A model generated the notes under the pieces. It was not told the DNA's origin, did no database searches, and saw nothing but the letters and a program-made list of their open reading frames with translations. Positions 23,199 through 24,406 of a DNA stretch of 24,406 nucleotides are shown in pieces (positions within the stretch are counted from its first letter, which is position 1; the number at the start of each line of letters is the position of its first letter). The translations under genes were made by a program, and so were the position numbers. The stretch comes from a virus, in IMG/VR virus record IMGVR_UViG_3300033153_012907; one strand, given 5' to 3'.

Positions 23199-23618
23199 CT
23201 AAATTCCAAATAAGACCCTGTATCTTGGTACAAGAGGAACATAACAAATTACATCTTTTTTATTAATAGGATAATCTAAAAATTCATTATTGTCTCCTTT
23301 TGTTATAAATTTATCCCCAAAAAAAACAATCCTATGAGAAATACCAAGCCCATTAGAAAAAAAGAAGATGATATCTCCAACAGAATAATTTTCTTTTTTT
23401 AAACAAATACATTCTGAATTATTTTTTATTGCAGGAATCATAGAAATCCCACTAACTTTTAATAAAGTAATCTCCTGCATTTTTGTATTCAAAATTTCTT
23501 GCTTAGAATAGACTGCTTCTTCTGGATTTATTTTTTCAATAGAAGGTCTGCAATAAGGGACAGGAGAAATTAAGTAAACAAAAAAAACAACAATTAAAAG
23601 AACTTTCCATGCTTTCAT
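23199..23618 (-). CDS. S26 signal peptidase I, archaeal/ER/SipW type
   Basis: N-terminal TM; catalytic Ser box VSGISMIPAI; GDII; His box ISHRIV; box E ITKGDNN...D. Confidence 0.88.
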   Translation of the reverse strand: MKAWKVLLIVVFFVYLISPVPYCRPSIEKINPEEAVYSKQEILNTKMQEITLLKVSGISMIPAIKNNSECICLKKENYSVGDIIFFFSNGLGISHRIVFFGDKFITKGDNNEFLDYPINKKDVICYVPLVPRYRVLFGI

Positions 23619-23755
23619 TTTTTCTTTCTTTTCTCTAGTTCTTTTATAAAGTTGGAAATTTCTTTTTTACAATTTGGACAATATTCCCCATTAAAATAAT
23701 AATAATCAACATCATCAAATTTTTTTCCACAAACATTACATATCTTAATTAGCAT
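23615..23755 (-). CDS. zinc-finger microprotein, 46 aa
   Basis: MLIKICNVCGKKF...EYCPNCKKEI; ATGA overlap with the peptidase gene. Confidence 0.7.
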   Translation of the reverse strand: MLIKICNVCGKKFDDVDYYYFNGEYCPNCKKEISNFIKELEKRKKK

Positions 23756-23776
23756 TACAAATTAAAGAATTTAATC

Positions 23777-23790
23777 TTTATAAATCCTTT
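23777..23790 (-). promoter_or_regulatory. archaeal BRE+TATA promoter, leaderless
   Basis: AAAGGA-TTTATAAA on the minus strand; 21-nt gap to the ATG at 23755. Confidence 0.7.
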
Positions 23791-24026
23791 CATAAGTACA
23801 TTGTTGCATAAGAGGGTCTTTTTGAAAGTAAAAAAATTAAATTGACTATGGCAGGATTCCTAAAGAAAAAGAGCCAAGATATTAGTATTATCCCAGAAGA
23901 TTTTAAGGAAGAAGAAATAACTGAAGGAGTATTGATTGGACAAAAAGACAATGCATTTCATAATTCATAAGTTCTCTGTTAACTTAAAGGTTGGTAAATG
24001 AGCCAAACTAAGAAGAATTAGACTCT

Positions 24027-24152
24027 ATGCCAGAAGAAAAAATTAAAAGCTGGTTTATTGAGCCATTATTTGAAGCATAGGTTGGGATGTATTGTTACCT
24101 TAATTGGTCTTAATTCTTGTTTTAGTTATTAATCTAATATTGAAAATCTAGT
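24027..24152 (+). pseudogene. decayed small membrane-protein gene with two in-frame stops
   Basis: One frame reads MPEEKIKSWFIEPLF*SIGWDVLLP*LVLILVLVINLILKI*. Confidence 0.35.
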
Positions 24153-24155
24153 TTC

Positions 24156-24169
24156 GAAAGATTTAAATA
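24156..24169 (+). promoter_or_regulatory. archaeal BRE+TATA promoter, leaderless
   Basis: GAAAGA-TTTAAATA; 21-nt gap to the ATG at 24191. Confidence 0.75.
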
Positions 24170-24190
24170 GATGAAATCTTACTTAATCTT

Positions 24191-24406
24191 ATGGTATTCA
24201 ATCCACCAATCGTAAAAAAAGGAAAATTAGTGACCTCAGGGTCATCAGTAGTGGTAACTATTCCTAAAGAGTGGCTTGAAGAACACCAATTAAAAGCAGG
24301 AGATGACATAATGATTATCTCAAATGGAGAGTTAAGGGTGTTAAAAATGGATGAAGAAAATATAACAAAAATCAGAAATCAATTATCACAATCAGATAAA
24401 CTCAAT
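24191..24406 (+). CDS. AbrB/MazE/SpoVT-family DNA-binding protein, 3' partial
   Basis: Hand-translated KLVTSGSSVVVTIPKEWLEEHQLKAGDDIMI matches the swapped-hairpin motif. It runs off the window end, so it is absent from the ORF track. Confidence 0.85.
   Translation, partial: MVFNPPIVKKGKLVTSGSSVVVTIPKEWLEEHQLKAGDDIMIISNGELRVLKMDEENITKIRNQLSQSDKLN

Noticed and set aside
23844-23859. tRNA 3' fragment or attP on the minus strand (GAATCCTGCCATAGTC)
   Set aside because: No TTCG T-loop or 5' half, no integrase in the window, and the sequence is equally explained as the start of the ORF MAGF.
23848-24152. Stop-codon reassignment (alternative genetic code)
   Set aside because: The in-frame stops are a mix of TAA, TAG and TGA, and all long genes read through cleanly with the standard code.

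Overview
An AT-rich, gene-dense, mostly + strand segment of an archaeal virus or virus-like mobile element. A DPANN host (Pacearchaeota/Woesearchaeota-like) is inferred. The evidence is a canonical Alba plus a divergent Alba, archaeal wHTH/RHH/AbrB regulators, an archaeal/SipW-type S26 peptidase, N-glycosylation-sequon-rich surface proteins, and six BRE+TATA boxes sitting 21-23 nt upstream of an ATG (leaderless genes). Left part: Ku-like end-binding protein (5' partial), a P-loop ATPase with a C-terminal HTH, three orphan methyltransferases, many tiny ORFs and an origin-like intergenic region (about 7.0-7.3 kb). Two of the methyltransferases end in the same 25-bp palindromic repeat. Middle: a three-copy rearranged locus (9952-10863) pairing a broken Sm/Hfq-like gene with hypervariable (Ser-X)n peptide genes built from GGTCAN hexamers, followed by a candidate structured RNA. 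Right part: a membrane-protein-rich module around an FtsK/HerA-superfamily ATPase that carries a LAGLIDADG intein in its Walker A motif. No capsid, terminase, integrase, polymerase, reverse transcriptase, rRNA, complete tRNA or CRISPR array was recognised. Several single-base losses in A-runs suggest possible sequencing or assembly errors, so rearrangement findings need read-level confirmation. All family assignments come from motif recognition by eye; no searches were run.
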